A stretch of DNA of 64,000 nucleotides from an uncultured Planctomycetota bacterium (GTDB lineage: Bacteria; Planctomycetota; UBA1135; UBA2386): contig CAWGKH010000011.1 of the NCBI GenBank assembly GCA_963823025.1, forward strand, positions 391,214 to 455,213. The letters run 5' to 3'. The position numbers and the translations under genes were made by a program. Shown piece after piece: positions 33,083 through 43,044 of this stretch. Position 1 is the stretch's first letter. Every line of letters starts with the position of its first letter. The notes beneath the pieces are model-generated. The model searched no databases. It had not been told where the DNA came from and saw only the letters and a list, made by a program, of their open reading frames with translations.

Positions 33083-33634
33083 TCAGGTCGTGGCCGCGAC
33101 GACGAGGACGTCGTTGCCGTGGAGCTCGAGGACCCGGACCTGTGTGCCGCGAGTGAGCTCGGTGCCGGCGGTCATCGCCTTGCACTCGATGCGCCGTCCC
33201 TGCACGTTCAGACGGATACGCCCGATGCCCTGACGCTCGCCGGGCACGCGCACGTACACCTCGCCGAACTCGCCGACCGCGTTGTGCAGGTCGAGATTGC
33301 CCTCGGACTGCAGCTTCGCGAGACCGCGCATCAACGACGCGACGATCCACATGGACGCGACACCCGCGGCGATCGCGACGCCGAGGCTGACCCCGGTCCC
33401 GTATCCACCGCGGTGCGCCGCCAGTCCACTGAGTCCGAAGAACGTCGTGAAGGCGACCACCGCCTTCAGCGAGAGGACGCCGAACACGCCGTGGTGCACG
33501 GCGTCCGCGACGTCGCCGTGGAAGGCAGCGTCGGTGTCGACGTCGTCCATCCCGATGCCGACGACCGTGAGGAGGGTTTGGATCGCGAGCACCGTGCCGC
33601 CGATGATCGCGCACCAGGTGAACAGGGTGTCCAT
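33083..33634 (-). CDS. NfeD-family membrane protein (YuaF/YqeZ-like partner of flotillin)
   Basis: The membrane N-terminal half is MDTLFTWCAIIGGTVLAIQTLLTVVGIG. A C-terminal OB-fold-like tail follows (GRIRLNVQGRRIECKAMT). It lies immediately upstream of the flotillin gene on the same strand. Confidence 0.6.
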   Translation of the reverse strand: MDTLFTWCAIIGGTVLAIQTLLTVVGIGMDDVDTDAAFHGDVADAVHHGVFGVLSLKAVVAFTTFFGLSGLAAHRGGYGTGVSLGVAIAAGVASMWIVASLMRGLAKLQSEGNLDLHNAVGEFGEVYVRVPGERQGIGRIRLNVQGRRIECKAMTAGTELTRGTQVRVLELHGNDVLVVAATT

Positions 33635-33807
33635 GGCGAGGAGGCGAGGAATGGCCCCGGCTGACCCGAGCCGCCTCGGATCAATCGGAAACGGGGCCGT
33701 GCGACCAGTGCACGTACGGCTCCGGTTCGGAGCCGGGGCGATTCCGCGGCGAAATCCGGATCGAACCCTGACAATCGGTCCCGACCTGCGCTCCAACCGG
33801 TGGCCCC

Positions 33808-34393
33808 ATGACCGATCGCGTGACGCGCCCGACCGATGCCTCCGGACACCAAGCGGCCGAGGCCGAGCTGATCCGGCGGTTCCTGGACGGGGACGCGGAC
33901 TCGTTCCGGCGGCTCTTGACGGCCACATCTCGGTGCGCTCGGGGCGCTGGCGCGGCGCGCGGCGCCGGATGCGCACGCGGCGGACGACCTGGTGCAGGAG
34001 GCCCTGGTGCGTGCGTGCGTCGCGCTGCCGTCGTTCCGCGGTGAGGCGTCGTTCCGCACCTGGCTGTTCCGCATCCTCGTTCGGCTAGCAGCGGCGCCGG
34101 CGCGACGGCGCCGGCCGGAGCCGTCCGGATCGATGGAAGTCGATGTGCCCGCCGGCGTCGGTCAGGAGCCCGACGAGCTCGCACTCGGCCGAGAGCTTCG
34201 CGATCGGTTGGACGAGGCGATGGAGCGGTTGCCGGTGCGGCAGCGCACCGCACTGCATCTGCGAGCGGCGGAGGGGTTCGGCTACGAGAAGATCGGACGC
34301 GTGCTCGAGTGCTCTCCCGGGGCCGCGCGGATGCTCGTGCTCGAAGCGCGCCGCAAGATCCTCGAACGACTCGGAGGCTACCTCGAGCCATGA
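33808..34393 (+). CDS. ECF (sigma-70 group 4) RNA polymerase sigma factor; one frameshift in this sequence
   Basis: Region 2 N-terminal: ELIRRFLDGDADSFRRLL (frame a). It continues as ...DDLVQEALVRACVALPSFRG. Region 4 is LPVRQRTALHLRAAEGFGYEKIGRVLECSPGAARMLVLEAR (ORF 33992-34393). A single-base deletion lies at about 33919. Confidence 0.7.
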
Positions 34394-35823
34394 GCGCATC
34401 ACCGAACGGGACCGGCGCATGCGGCTTCAGCGACGCCGTTGTCGCTCACTTCCTCGATGGCGCGCTCGAGGACACGTCGTGGGAGCAGGCCGAGGCGCTG
34501 CGCCGGCACCGCGAGGACTGCGAGTTCTGCCGGGCGGCGCTCCTGCGCGCACGGCGTCTGGACGCATTGGTCGCGAGCACGGCGGACCCCGCGGCCGCGC
34601 TGGCGCACGGCGAAGTCTGGCTGGACGAGGCGCTGGTTCGAGCCGCGCCGCCGGTCGCTCTGCGAAGGCGTCCGGCCCGCCGCGTCGCCGTGCGAACCGC
34701 ACTGGCGATCGCGGTCGGCATCGCCGCCGGCGTCTCGTTCGAGCACCTCTCGGGTGTCCGGCCGGAGCCGCAGCGCGTTCGGGAGGCCGCTGCACCCGCG
34801 ACCGAGATCGATTCGCCACCGCGGCCTCCGGAGCCGCGCGAGATCACCGTGGCGCTGCGGAACGGACGGCTTCTCGGCAAGCGCTCGCCGTCCCTCGTCG
34901 ACTCGCCTGCCGCCGCGAGGCAGATCCTCGTGTCACCGCAACTCTGGCTGTTCGCGTGGCCGTTCGTCGCGTGGCGCGGTGGCGTCGCGGCGGATGCCCA
35001 TGCGGTGGCGCGCGCGGCCCGCGCACGAGCGGCGGCGGCGCTCGCCGAGCGGCGCTCGGAATGGGGCACGCTCGCCGAGCTCTGCGCGGAGTTGCCGGAC
35101 GACGAACGGCTCGCGGCGGCGCTTGATGCGGCGCGCCGGGTACCCGGCTTCCAGTCGGAGCTGGTCCGCGGCGTCGAGCGAGGCGAGCGGAGCGCGCTGC
35201 GCGTCGCCGGTCGCGTCGGCGGCGAACGACTCGACCGTGCGCTGCTCACCTGGACGCACGGTGAGACCGAGCGCGTTCTGGACGTGGCCACCGCGATCGC
35301 CTCGGTGGCGGATCGACCGGATCGCGCGCCTCTGTTGCTCGCCCTCTGGAGCGTGACCGAGGCGCGGCACTCCCTCGACGATCCGCTCGGGTTCGCCGAG
35401 CGGCTCTGGGTCCGCGCGACCGCGTCCGACGTCCGCGAGCTGACCGATGTTCTGTCGCGCTCGCACGACGCGTGCGAGCGTGCGCGGATCCTGTGGTCGC
35501 TTGCGGCGATCCGCGCGCCGAGCACCGCATCGGCGCTCGCGGACGTGCTCGAGAGCCGCTCGCGAACCGAGGCGGTGCTCGCCGCGTTCGCACTCGGGCG
35601 GCTTCCGAGTGTCGATGTGGCGCCACCCCGAGGAGGCGGCGCGGCGCGTGCGCTGTGGCTTGCCGCGCGCGCGAGCGCCGGCGATCCGGCCGTGCGCCCG
35701 CTGCTCCGCGAGCTCGCTCTCAGCAACGCAGAGGCGTCGCTCCTGCTGGCTGGCGACTTGTCGCCGGCACAGATCGATGCGGCCTCACGGCTGCTGCTCC
35801 GCGTGGCTTGGCGCGGGGACTGA
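34390..35823 (+). CDS. putative anti-sigma factor (zinc-finger HxxxCxxC type) with one transmembrane segment and a periplasmic domain
   Basis: The ATG overlaps the sigma-factor stop (ATGA). The N-terminal HREDCEFCRAAL motif is followed by a hydrophobic segment ALAIAVGIAAGVSF. The role is inferred from the gene neighbourhood. Confidence 0.5.
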   Translation: MSASPNGTGACGFSDAVVAHFLDGALEDTSWEQAEALRRHREDCEFCRAALLRARRLDALVASTADPAAALAHGEVWLDEALVRAAPPVALRRRPARRVAVRTALAIAVGIAAGVSFEHLSGVRPEPQRVREAAAPATEIDSPPRPPEPREITVALRNGRLLGKRSPSLVDSPAAARQILVSPQLWLFAWPFVAWRGGVAADAHAVARAARARAAAALAERRSEWGTLAELCAELPDDERLAAALDAARRVPGFQSELVRGVERGERSALRVAGRVGGERLDRALLTWTHGETERVLDVATAIASVADRPDRAPLLLALWSVTEARHSLDDPLGFAERLWVRATASDVRELTDVLSRSHDACERARILWSLAAIRAPSTASALADVLESRSRTEAVLAAFALGRLPSVDVAPPRGGGAARALWLAARASAGDPAVRPLLRELALSNAEASLLLAGDLSPAQIDAASRLLLRVAWRGD

Positions 35824-35851
35824 TCGGAATCCGGATCGAGGTTGTCGAATC

Positions 35852-37579
35852 ATGTTCCATAGAACCCTTCTGTTCGCCGTGGTGACGATTCTCCCGGTGG
35901 TCGCTCAGGACCGGCCCGACCCCGGTGTGCTCCGCATCGTGGATCTGGTGCCCGGCGCCGTTCGGGTCGTGCCCGGGGTCGCGCCGCCGTTGCCGCCACT
36001 CGTGCGCGGTCCGGACGACTCGCAGTATGACTCCGAAGCCCTGTTGCAGCAGCTCCGCGATCCCCGGCCCGAGGTCGGTGCGGACGAGGTCCTGTTGTTC
36101 GCACGGGATCGGTATGGCGAGCGTTGGGACGAGCAGCTCGGGTCGTCGGAAGTCCGGGGGAATCGCGTGTTCCTGATCGGACCCGCGGGGCTGTGCGACG
36201 AAGCGGCGAAGTTCCTCGGATGGGCCGCGGCGACGCGGTCCCGGACGGTGACGGTCGAGGTCCTCGTGTTCGATCCGCGGGAACGGCACGTGCCGGCGCA
36301 GGGTGTGGAGCCGGTGATGCCGGATGGGGACGTATCGAAGCTCACAGGGGACTTGCCGCCGTTGTGGCGTGCCCGGGCAACCGTGCCGATCGGCACGGCG
36401 GTCGTGTTCGGCCCGAGCCGTTCGGTGCCGATCGTGAGTGGGGTCCGCGTCGATCTGGCGCAGGAGGTGGTCGCTTCGGAAGCCGTGGTCGGGTCGCTCT
36501 TCGAGGGCGACCGCGTCGCGGTGAGCGTCGAGGGCCTGTCGAGCGGGGACCGGTTCGCGGTCTACTCGCAATACGCGCACGGCGCGTTGCGGCAGCCGAT
36601 GGAAGAGCGCGCGACCGGAGTTCCCGATCAACCGCGGCTGGACGTGCCGTCGCTCGACGTGATCCAGGCGACCATGTCGGGTGTGGTCCCCGGTGGTGGT
36701 GCACTGTGGTGCTGGGTGGGGGGCGACCCGGCCGCCGGGGACGGGCGCATCGCCGTCGTGAAGGTGACGGGGAGCGCACAGCCGGACGGCGGCCCATCGA
36801 ACGGTTGCGCGATCCTTCCGGTCGGCGCGCTCGTTCGCACCGGGCTGGATCGGCGCGCGACCTTCGTTCCGCATGTGCGACGGGGCGAGCCGCCTCTCGA
36901 CATCACGGAGATCGACGACGCCGGACTGAAGTTCGATCTGGGTGAATTGCAGGATCTGGTCCGTGGTGCGCTCGAGGCGCACCGGGATCAGACCGGCGTG
37001 GACACCGACGCCGTGCCGCTCATCGTGGATGCGCTCGGCGACTCGATCGCCATCATCGGGCGAGACGACGACATCGCCGTCGCTCGGCGCATCGTCGCGG
37101 AGCTCGAGCGCCGCTACTTGACCAACGTGGTCGTGCGATCGCGCACCGACCGCGCGGGAGACTCGAATCCGGACGCCGCCCTTCACGCCTTCGTTGCACC
37201 GCAGCTGGTCGGACGTCCCTGGTTCGCGATGCGCGGAATCGAGAGCCGGGGCGTGCACCACTTGTCGGGGAACGTCGCGCAGAAAGCGCGTGGGAGCTCA
37301 CCCGAGATGCAGGATCTGTTCTCGGGTGTCGTGTGCTCGATCCTCGTGCGCGCACCGGCTGCCGCGCCGTGGGTGGACGCGGACGTGGACGTGCAGATCG
37401 AGGATCCGTTGCGTGTGAGGACTCTGGAAGGACCGATTTCGGGTGACCTGTCCGTGCCGCCCGTCCGCCGCACGCATTTCACGCACGCTGCACCGGTCGT
37501 ACTCGGCCAGCGCATCGAGTTCGGCGGCGCGACGTCCCCGGACGGAATCGGTGTCGTGCAGTCGCTCGAAGTGCGCTGA
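35852..37579 (+). CDS. secreted hypothetical protein (575 aa) downstream of the ECF sigma/anti-sigma pair
   Basis: The signal peptide is MFHRTLLFAVVTILPVVAQD. I did not recognise a domain. The start was chosen at the ATG that gives a signal peptide. Confidence 0.45.
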   Translation: MFHRTLLFAVVTILPVVAQDRPDPGVLRIVDLVPGAVRVVPGVAPPLPPLVRGPDDSQYDSEALLQQLRDPRPEVGADEVLLFARDRYGERWDEQLGSSEVRGNRVFLIGPAGLCDEAAKFLGWAAATRSRTVTVEVLVFDPRERHVPAQGVEPVMPDGDVSKLTGDLPPLWRARATVPIGTAVVFGPSRSVPIVSGVRVDLAQEVVASEAVVGSLFEGDRVAVSVEGLSSGDRFAVYSQYAHGALRQPMEERATGVPDQPRLDVPSLDVIQATMSGVVPGGGALWCWVGGDPAAGDGRIAVVKVTGSAQPDGGPSNGCAILPVGALVRTGLDRRATFVPHVRRGEPPLDITEIDDAGLKFDLGELQDLVRGALEAHRDQTGVDTDAVPLIVDALGDSIAIIGRDDDIAVARRIVAELERRYLTNVVVRSRTDRAGDSNPDAALHAFVAPQLVGRPWFAMRGIESRGVHHLSGNVAQKARGSSPEMQDLFSGVVCSILVRAPAAAPWVDADVDVQIEDPLRVRTLEGPISGDLSVPPVRRTHFTHAAPVVLGQRIEFGGATSPDGIGVVQSLEVR

Positions 37580-37631
37580 ACGACGAGCCGGACTGGCCAC
37601 GCGGTGTCGAACGCGCCATTCTGCCGCGTCG

Positions 37632-38021
37632 ATGCCCGAACTCCCCGTGGATCCGGTCAGCTGGATCGTCCCCGCCGCTGGCGAGGCGCCGATCCGCGCG
37701 CTGGTCGCGGCGTTCTACCGCCGCGTCCCGCAGGACGAGGTGCTGTCGCCGCTGTACCCGACCGCGGACCTCGCCGGCGCCGAGCAGCGGCTCGCGGACT
37801 TCCTCGTCGAGCGATGCGGCGGGCCGCCGGCGTACCCGAGTGTGCGCGGCCATCCGCGGCTGCGCATGCGGCATGCCCGCTTCCCGATCGACGCCGCGGC
37901 GCGCGACCGCTGGCTCACGCACATGCGCGCAGCACTGATGGAGGCCGAGCTCGACGAGCGGGCGCGCGAAGCGCTGGACCTGTTCCTCGCCGACGTCGCG
38001 ACGTTCCTCATCAACCGCTGA
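37632..38021 (+). CDS. truncated (2/2) haemoglobin family protein
   Basis: 129 aa. Its pattern (FYRRV...F.......RD.W...M..AL) is typical of group II truncated globins. Confidence 0.55.
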   Translation: MPELPVDPVSWIVPAAGEAPIRALVAAFYRRVPQDEVLSPLYPTADLAGAEQRLADFLVERCGGPPAYPSVRGHPRLRMRHARFPIDAAARDRWLTHMRAALMEAELDERAREALDLFLADVATFLINR

Positions 38022-38089
38022 CGGCCCGTTGCGTCCCGGTTCGACGAGTCGCATTCGACGCTGTGGGCCTCGTGCGCGCGGGGCCTTAT

Positions 38090-38155
38090 TTGCGTTCATC
38101 GATTCTGGTTCGTCGTACCAGGACCGACCGCAAATGAACGCAGATGAACGCAAAC
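38090..38155. repeat. AT-richer element with a 12-nt perfect inverted repeat (TTTGCGTTCATC ... GATGAACGCAAA), an inner hairpin CTGGT-N7-ACCAG and a direct repeat ATGAACGCA x2
   Basis: It is seen in the sequence between the convergent 3' ends of the globin (38021) and yjbQ (38241) genes. Its composition differs from the GC-rich surroundings. Confidence 0.5.
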
Positions 38156-38240
38156 AGCGGGGGCCGTCGTAGCGTGCTGTGGCGAGTGCGCTCGACAGCG
38201 GCAGCGAGGTCGAGAGGCATCGAGGAGCCTGCCGCCGGAC

Positions 38241-38648
38241 TCAGGCGACGTGCACGAGCACCGTCCGATGGTGGGGGCGGTGCCGGTGTTCCCAGAGGTA
38301 GAGACCCTGCCAGGTGCCGAGTGCGAGGCGGCCGTCGACGACGGGTATGCCGATCGAGGTGGCGGTGAGCGCCGCCTTGACGTGCGACGGCATGTCGTCG
38401 GGGCCCTCTGCCGTGTGCGTCCACGAGGAGTCGTCCTCCGGCACGAGTCGCTGCAAGAACGCCTCGAGATCGCGCGCCGCGGAGGGATCGGCGTTCTCCT
38501 GGATCACCAGGCTCGCCGACGTGTGGCGCACGAACACCGTGCAGAGCCCTTCGTCCACACCGGCTTCGTGGACGGCGGCCGCGACCCGGTCGGTGATCTC
38601 GACGAGGCCTTGGCCACGCGTCTCCACGGTGAGCTCCTGCACGGTCAT
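38241..38648 (-). CDS. YjbQ/UPF0047 family protein (secondary thiamine-phosphate synthase-like)
   Basis: 135 aa beginning MTVQELTVETRGQGLVEITD, with the conserved HTSASLVIQENADP and HV(K)AAL motifs. The upstream part of track ORF 38241-38867 is non-coding. Confidence 0.7.
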   Translation of the reverse strand: MTVQELTVETRGQGLVEITDRVAAAVHEAGVDEGLCTVFVRHTSASLVIQENADPSAARDLEAFLQRLVPEDDSSWTHTAEGPDDMPSHVKAALTATSIGIPVVDGRLALGTWQGLYLWEHRHRPHHRTVLVHVA

Positions 38649-38682
38649 CACCGTGCAGGATGCCGGCCCTCGGAGCTCACGT

Positions 38683-41157
38683 CTAGCCGAGCGACTCGAC
38701 CTCGTCGGTGACCGGCTCGGTCGGGTGGAGGTACTCCTCGAGCGTGAAGCTGTCGACCTGGATCGCGTCGTTGCGTGCAGCGGCCGCGGCGCGCACCTTC
38801 GCGGCCTCGTCGCCGTCGACGATGCCCTGCTCGAGCGCCTGCGACAGCACGTCCTCCGGTGTGCCACGCGGCAGCTGCTTGCTGCGCATCGCGTCCTTCA
38901 GCTTGTGGAGCGCCGGCTCCGCAGCCTCGGCGGCAGCGAGTGCCCGTTCGAGTCGTGCCAGCCCGAGATCGCCGGAATCGTCTTCGAACACGCCCGCGGT
39001 GAGGCGATCACGCGCCGGTCCGTTCGCGAGGATCGTCGCCGCGGCCGCGCTGCCGAGCCGATCCGATGGCTCGCGGCCGATCGGGTTGACGCGGGCCCAC
39101 ACGAGGAGGGGTCCGCGGAACAGCCACGTCCCGAACGGCACCCGCAGATTCAGCAGCAGGCCGTGAAACGCGTCGCGCATCCGTGCGAAGCCGTGCTCGC
39201 ACGCCCAGCGCATGAGCGGCTCGTCGGCGGACTGGCGCCCCTCGGCCTCGAAGCGTCGGAGCGCTGCCGTGACGAGATACATCCACGCGAACACGTCCGC
39301 GAAGCGTCCGGTGATCTTCTCCTTGCGTTTGAGCTGCCCGCCGAGGGTTCCCATCGCGATGTCCGCCAGGAGCGCGAACGACGCGGACGCCCAGGCGAGG
39401 CGCCGCCAGTAGGGCGCGGCCGGTCCGCTCACCGGCGAGCCCGCGAGTCGACCGCGCGTCAGGTCGAGCAGCACGGTGCGGAACGTGTTCCGCACGACGT
39501 GCCCGATGTGACCCCAGAACGCCTTGTCGAACGCGCGCAGGTCCTTGTTACCGAGCGCCTCGATCTCCTTCAGGGCGTACGGGTGGCAACGGATCGCGCC
39601 CTGCCCGAACACCATCAGCGTCCGCGTCAGGATGTTGGCACCCTCGACCGTGATGCTGATCGGCGCACCGATCCACGCATGGGCGATGGTGTTGTTCGGA
39701 CCGCGCGAGATCGCCGCGCCACCCTGGACGTCCATGCCGTCGGAGATGATCTCGCGGAAGAGCTCCGTCGAGGCGAACTTCAGCATCGCGGTGACGACCG
39801 GTGGCTTGGCACCGGAATCGAGGCCGCCGAGCGTGTAGCGCCGCGCGGCGTCGAGCAGCCAGGTCTTGGCCGCGATGCGGGCGAGGGGCTCTTCGATGCC
39901 TTCGAACTTGCCGATCTGCAGACCGAACTGCTGCCGGACCGACGCGTAGGCGCCGACGGCGCGCGACACGAGCTTGGCACCCCCGGTGCTGGTCGCGGGC
40001 AACGAGATGCCGCGGCCGGCCGCGAGGCAGTCCATCAGCATCGCCCAGCCCCGACCGACGCCCTCGACTCCGCCGATCACCGAGGTGACCGGCACGACGA
40101 CGTCCTCGCCGTGCGTCGGACAGTTGTAGAACGGCACGCCGAGCGGATCGTGGCGGCGGCCGAGCACGACGCCTTGCGTGGACGTCGGGATCAGCGCGCA
40201 CGTGATGCCGAGGTGCTCACCCTTGCCGAGCAGGTTCTCGGGGTCTTCGACCTTGAACGCGAGGCCGAGCACGGTCGCGATCGCAGCCAGCGTGATGTAG
40301 CGCTTGTTCCAGGAGAGCCGCAGGTAGAGCTCGCCGTCGTCGCCGCGGAAGACGACTCCTCGAGATTCCATCGCGGCCGCATCCGATCCCGCCACCGGCT
40401 CCGTCAGGGCGAAGCACGGCACCTCCTCGCCGCTCGCGAGCCGCGGCAGCCAGTGGCGCCGTTGCTCCTCGGTGCCGTAGTGGATCAGGAGCTCCGCGGG
40501 ACCGAGCGAGTTCGGCACCATCACGGTGATCGCCAACGGCAGGGAGCGCGTGGCGAGCATCTGCACGACCGCGCTGTGCGCGGTCGCGGAGAAGCCGAGC
40601 CCGCCGTACTCCTTCGGCACGATCATCCCGAAGAACCGCTCGCGCTTCAGGAAGTCCCACACGTGATCCGGAAGGTCGCGCTTCGTCCACACCTCCCAGT
40701 CGTCGGTCATCCGCGCGACCTCGGCGACCGGCCCCTCGACGAACGCGCGTTCCTCGTCGGTCAGCGTGGGCCAGGGGGACTTCAACAGTCGACCGAGATC
40801 CGGGCGTCCGGAGAACAGCTCGCCGTCGACCCAGACGTCACCGGCATCGATCGCCGCTCGCTCGGTCGCCGAGATCGTGGGCAGCACTCCCGCCGATTGC
40901 AGGACGCGCATCACGTGCTTCGAGAGGGCGATGCGCCGCAGCGGCCGCACCGCGAAGAGCGCGACGAGCGGAACCAGCGGGATCCACAGCCAGATCCCGG
41001 CGCCTGCGAGCCAGCCCAGGACGGCTGCGCCAAGTCCGAAGGCCCACGCCGGCCAGCCGCGAAACCCCGCGATCAGCACGAACAAGAGAGCCGCTGCGGC
41101 CCACGAGAGACCCGGCAATCCGGCGAGAAGTCCGAACAGCGGTAGATCGGCGATCAT
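38683..41157 (-). CDS. fadE: long-form acyl-CoA dehydrogenase with an N-terminal membrane domain (FadE type)
   Basis: 824 aa intact. The architecture and conserved blocks (e.g. FALTEPVAGSDAAAMESRG) match E. coli FadE. Confidence 0.8.
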   Translation of the reverse strand: MIADLPLFGLLAGLPGLSWAAAALLFVLIAGFRGWPAWAFGLGAAVLGWLAGAGIWLWIPLVPLVALFAVRPLRRIALSKHVMRVLQSAGVLPTISATERAAIDAGDVWVDGELFSGRPDLGRLLKSPWPTLTDEERAFVEGPVAEVARMTDDWEVWTKRDLPDHVWDFLKRERFFGMIVPKEYGGLGFSATAHSAVVQMLATRSLPLAITVMVPNSLGPAELLIHYGTEEQRRHWLPRLASGEEVPCFALTEPVAGSDAAAMESRGVVFRGDDGELYLRLSWNKRYITLAAIATVLGLAFKVEDPENLLGKGEHLGITCALIPTSTQGVVLGRRHDPLGVPFYNCPTHGEDVVVPVTSVIGGVEGVGRGWAMLMDCLAAGRGISLPATSTGGAKLVSRAVGAYASVRQQFGLQIGKFEGIEEPLARIAAKTWLLDAARRYTLGGLDSGAKPPVVTAMLKFASTELFREIISDGMDVQGGAAISRGPNNTIAHAWIGAPISITVEGANILTRTLMVFGQGAIRCHPYALKEIEALGNKDLRAFDKAFWGHIGHVVRNTFRTVLLDLTRGRLAGSPVSGPAAPYWRRLAWASASFALLADIAMGTLGGQLKRKEKITGRFADVFAWMYLVTAALRRFEAEGRQSADEPLMRWACEHGFARMRDAFHGLLLNLRVPFGTWLFRGPLLVWARVNPIGREPSDRLGSAAAATILANGPARDRLTAGVFEDDSGDLGLARLERALAAAEAAEPALHKLKDAMRSKQLPRGTPEDVLSQALEQGIVDGDEAAKVRAAAAARNDAIQVDSFTLEEYLHPTEPVTDEVESLG

Positions 41158-41375
41158 GTCGGTTCCTATCGACCCATGGGGCTCGTGAGCGGAAGAGCCG
41201 CCCGCCCTTTTTCAGCGCTTCGGACGCAGCCGCGAAGGTCGAGGGCCCGTTCCCCGACCCGGCGGGATCGTCCCGGTGAGAACGCCATGATCGCCGACAC
41301 GATGGCAGCGTGCACGTCCGGGACCTCGGGAGCTTTCGATCCGCCTGTCGAGACCCGGTATCGTCCACGGCGCCG

Positions 41376-42536
41376 ATGGCCATCACCGCGTCCGACCTGG
41401 AGCCGATCCTGCCCCGCCTCGTCGACCTTCGACGCGACCTGCACAAGCACCCCGAGCTCGGTTTCGAGGAGCGGCGGACGCAGGCGGTCGTCCGCGCGTG
41501 GCTCGAGGAGCACGGCTACGAACCGCGTGCATGCGCGGGGACCGGACTGATCGCCGATCTCCATCCCGGAGCGACGGAACCCGCGATCGCGCTGCGCGCC
41601 GATCTCGACGCGCTCGCGATCCCCGAACGCACCGATCTGCCGTGGCGATCGACCCGTGACGGCGTCGCGCACAAGTGCGGTCACGACGGCCACGTCGCGA
41701 TCTTGTGTGGCGTCGCGGCCGTGCTCGCGTCGAGGAAGCGCGACGTCTCGCGCAACGTTCGCCTGCTGTTCCAGCCGGCGGAGGAGGGCGTGAACGGCGG
41801 CGGCGCCCGCGTGATGATCGGCGCGGGTGCACTCGAGGGAGTGGGCGAGGTCTATGGTCTGCACAACTGGCCGGCGTTTCCGAAGGGTGAGGTGCGCGTC
41901 GCGGTGGGGGCGACGATGGCCGGCAACGTCGACTTCGATCTGCGTCTCGTCGGACGGGGCGGCCACGGTGCCGAGCCGCAGCGTTGCCGGGATCCGATCG
42001 CCGCGGGCGCACAGGTGGTCGTCGCGTTGCAGTCGCTGATCGCGCGAGGGCTCGGGCTCGAGGGCGGCGCGGTCGCGAGCGTCACGTCGTTCCAGGCGGG
42101 AAGCACCAACAACGTGATCCCGGGTGAGGCACGGTTGCTCGGCACGTTGCGCTGCGTCGACGAGTCGTTGTCGGCACGGTTGTCGACGCGGTTGCGCGCG
42201 GCGATCGAGGGCGTGGCGGCTTCGAGCGGAGTGCGTGCCGAGCTCACGCTGCGGCAGAACTACCCACCGTTGATCAACGATGCGGACTGCGTGGCGGTGG
42301 TGCGCCGCGCCGCAGCCGCGGTCGTCGGTGCCGACCGGGTTTCGGCCGACGCGCTACCGCTGGCTGCCGCCGAGGACTTCGCGTTCTTCGCCCGCGAACG
42401 ACCGTCGGCCTACTTCTTCCTCGGCGCCGGGATCGAGGGCGAGGACACGCCGGGCTGCCATCACCCGGATTTCGACTTCGACGACGAGCTGATCCCCCTC
42501 GGCGTCCGCATCCTGGTCGGCGTCGTCGAGCAGTGA
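41376..42536 (+). CDS. M20-family amidohydrolase (N-acyl-amino-acid amidohydrolase / hippurate hydrolase-like)
   Basis: It has HKCGHDGH and QPAEEG metal-binding motifs. The start is taken at MAITASDL. Confidence 0.7.
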   Translation: MAITASDLEPILPRLVDLRRDLHKHPELGFEERRTQAVVRAWLEEHGYEPRACAGTGLIADLHPGATEPAIALRADLDALAIPERTDLPWRSTRDGVAHKCGHDGHVAILCGVAAVLASRKRDVSRNVRLLFQPAEEGVNGGGARVMIGAGALEGVGEVYGLHNWPAFPKGEVRVAVGATMAGNVDFDLRLVGRGGHGAEPQRCRDPIAAGAQVVVALQSLIARGLGLEGGAVASVTSFQAGSTNNVIPGEARLLGTLRCVDESLSARLSTRLRAAIEGVAASSGVRAELTLRQNYPPLINDADCVAVVRRAAAAVVGADRVSADALPLAAAEDFAFFARERPSAYFFLGAGIEGEDTPGCHHPDFDFDDELIPLGVRILVGVVEQ

Positions 42537-42550
42537 GCCGGGCGATCTGC

Positions 42551-42958
42551 TCAGGCCGCACCGAAGCGCTGCGCTTCCGACGGATCCATCCGCATCTCGT
42601 CGCAGCGCGCGCCGCTGACGATCGCGCCTTCGAGGCGCGCGCCACTCAGCACGGCGCCGCGGAGGTCGGCCCGGCAGAGATAGGCGCCACGCAGGTCGGC
42701 GCCCTTGAGGTTGGCGCCCCGCAGGTCGGCGTCGCTCAGGTTCGCACCCCGCAGGGTCGTCTTCTGCAGCTGCGCGCCCTGCAGATTCGCACGGCTGAGG
42801 TCGCACATGCTGAGGTCGGCGTTGCGCAGCACGGTGCCTTCGAGGTTGACTCCGCACAGATGCAGGCCCGAGAGGTCGTAGCCGTTGAGAACGAGGTGGG
42901 TGCCGCCGTGAGGGGCACTCAGGAGCCGGCGAAGCTCCTGCTTGCGCAGCATGCTCAT
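42551..42958 (-). CDS. pentapeptide-repeat protein
   Basis: It has tandem A(D/N)LxG pentapeptides (ADLRGANLKGADLRGAYLCRADLRGAVLSGARLEGA). The start is uncertain; GTG 43033 and ATG 42985 are alternatives. Confidence 0.55.
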   Translation of the reverse strand: MSMLRKQELRRLLSAPHGGTHLVLNGYDLSGLHLCGVNLEGTVLRNADLSMCDLSRANLQGAQLQKTTLRGANLSDADLRGANLKGADLRGAYLCRADLRGAVLSGARLEGAIVSGARCDEMRMDPSEAQRFGAA

Positions 42959-43044
42959 GGGCGAGATGCCTCCATGGAAAGGCATCCGCACGGCCGCTCC
43001 GGCAGGAAGTCCACCCGCGGCCGAGCGAAGCACACCGCATTCTA

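Noticed and set aside
38314-41145. Plus-strand ORF of 943 aa (38314-41145)
   Set aside because: It is antisense to the intact fadE, which is 824 aa and conserved end to end.
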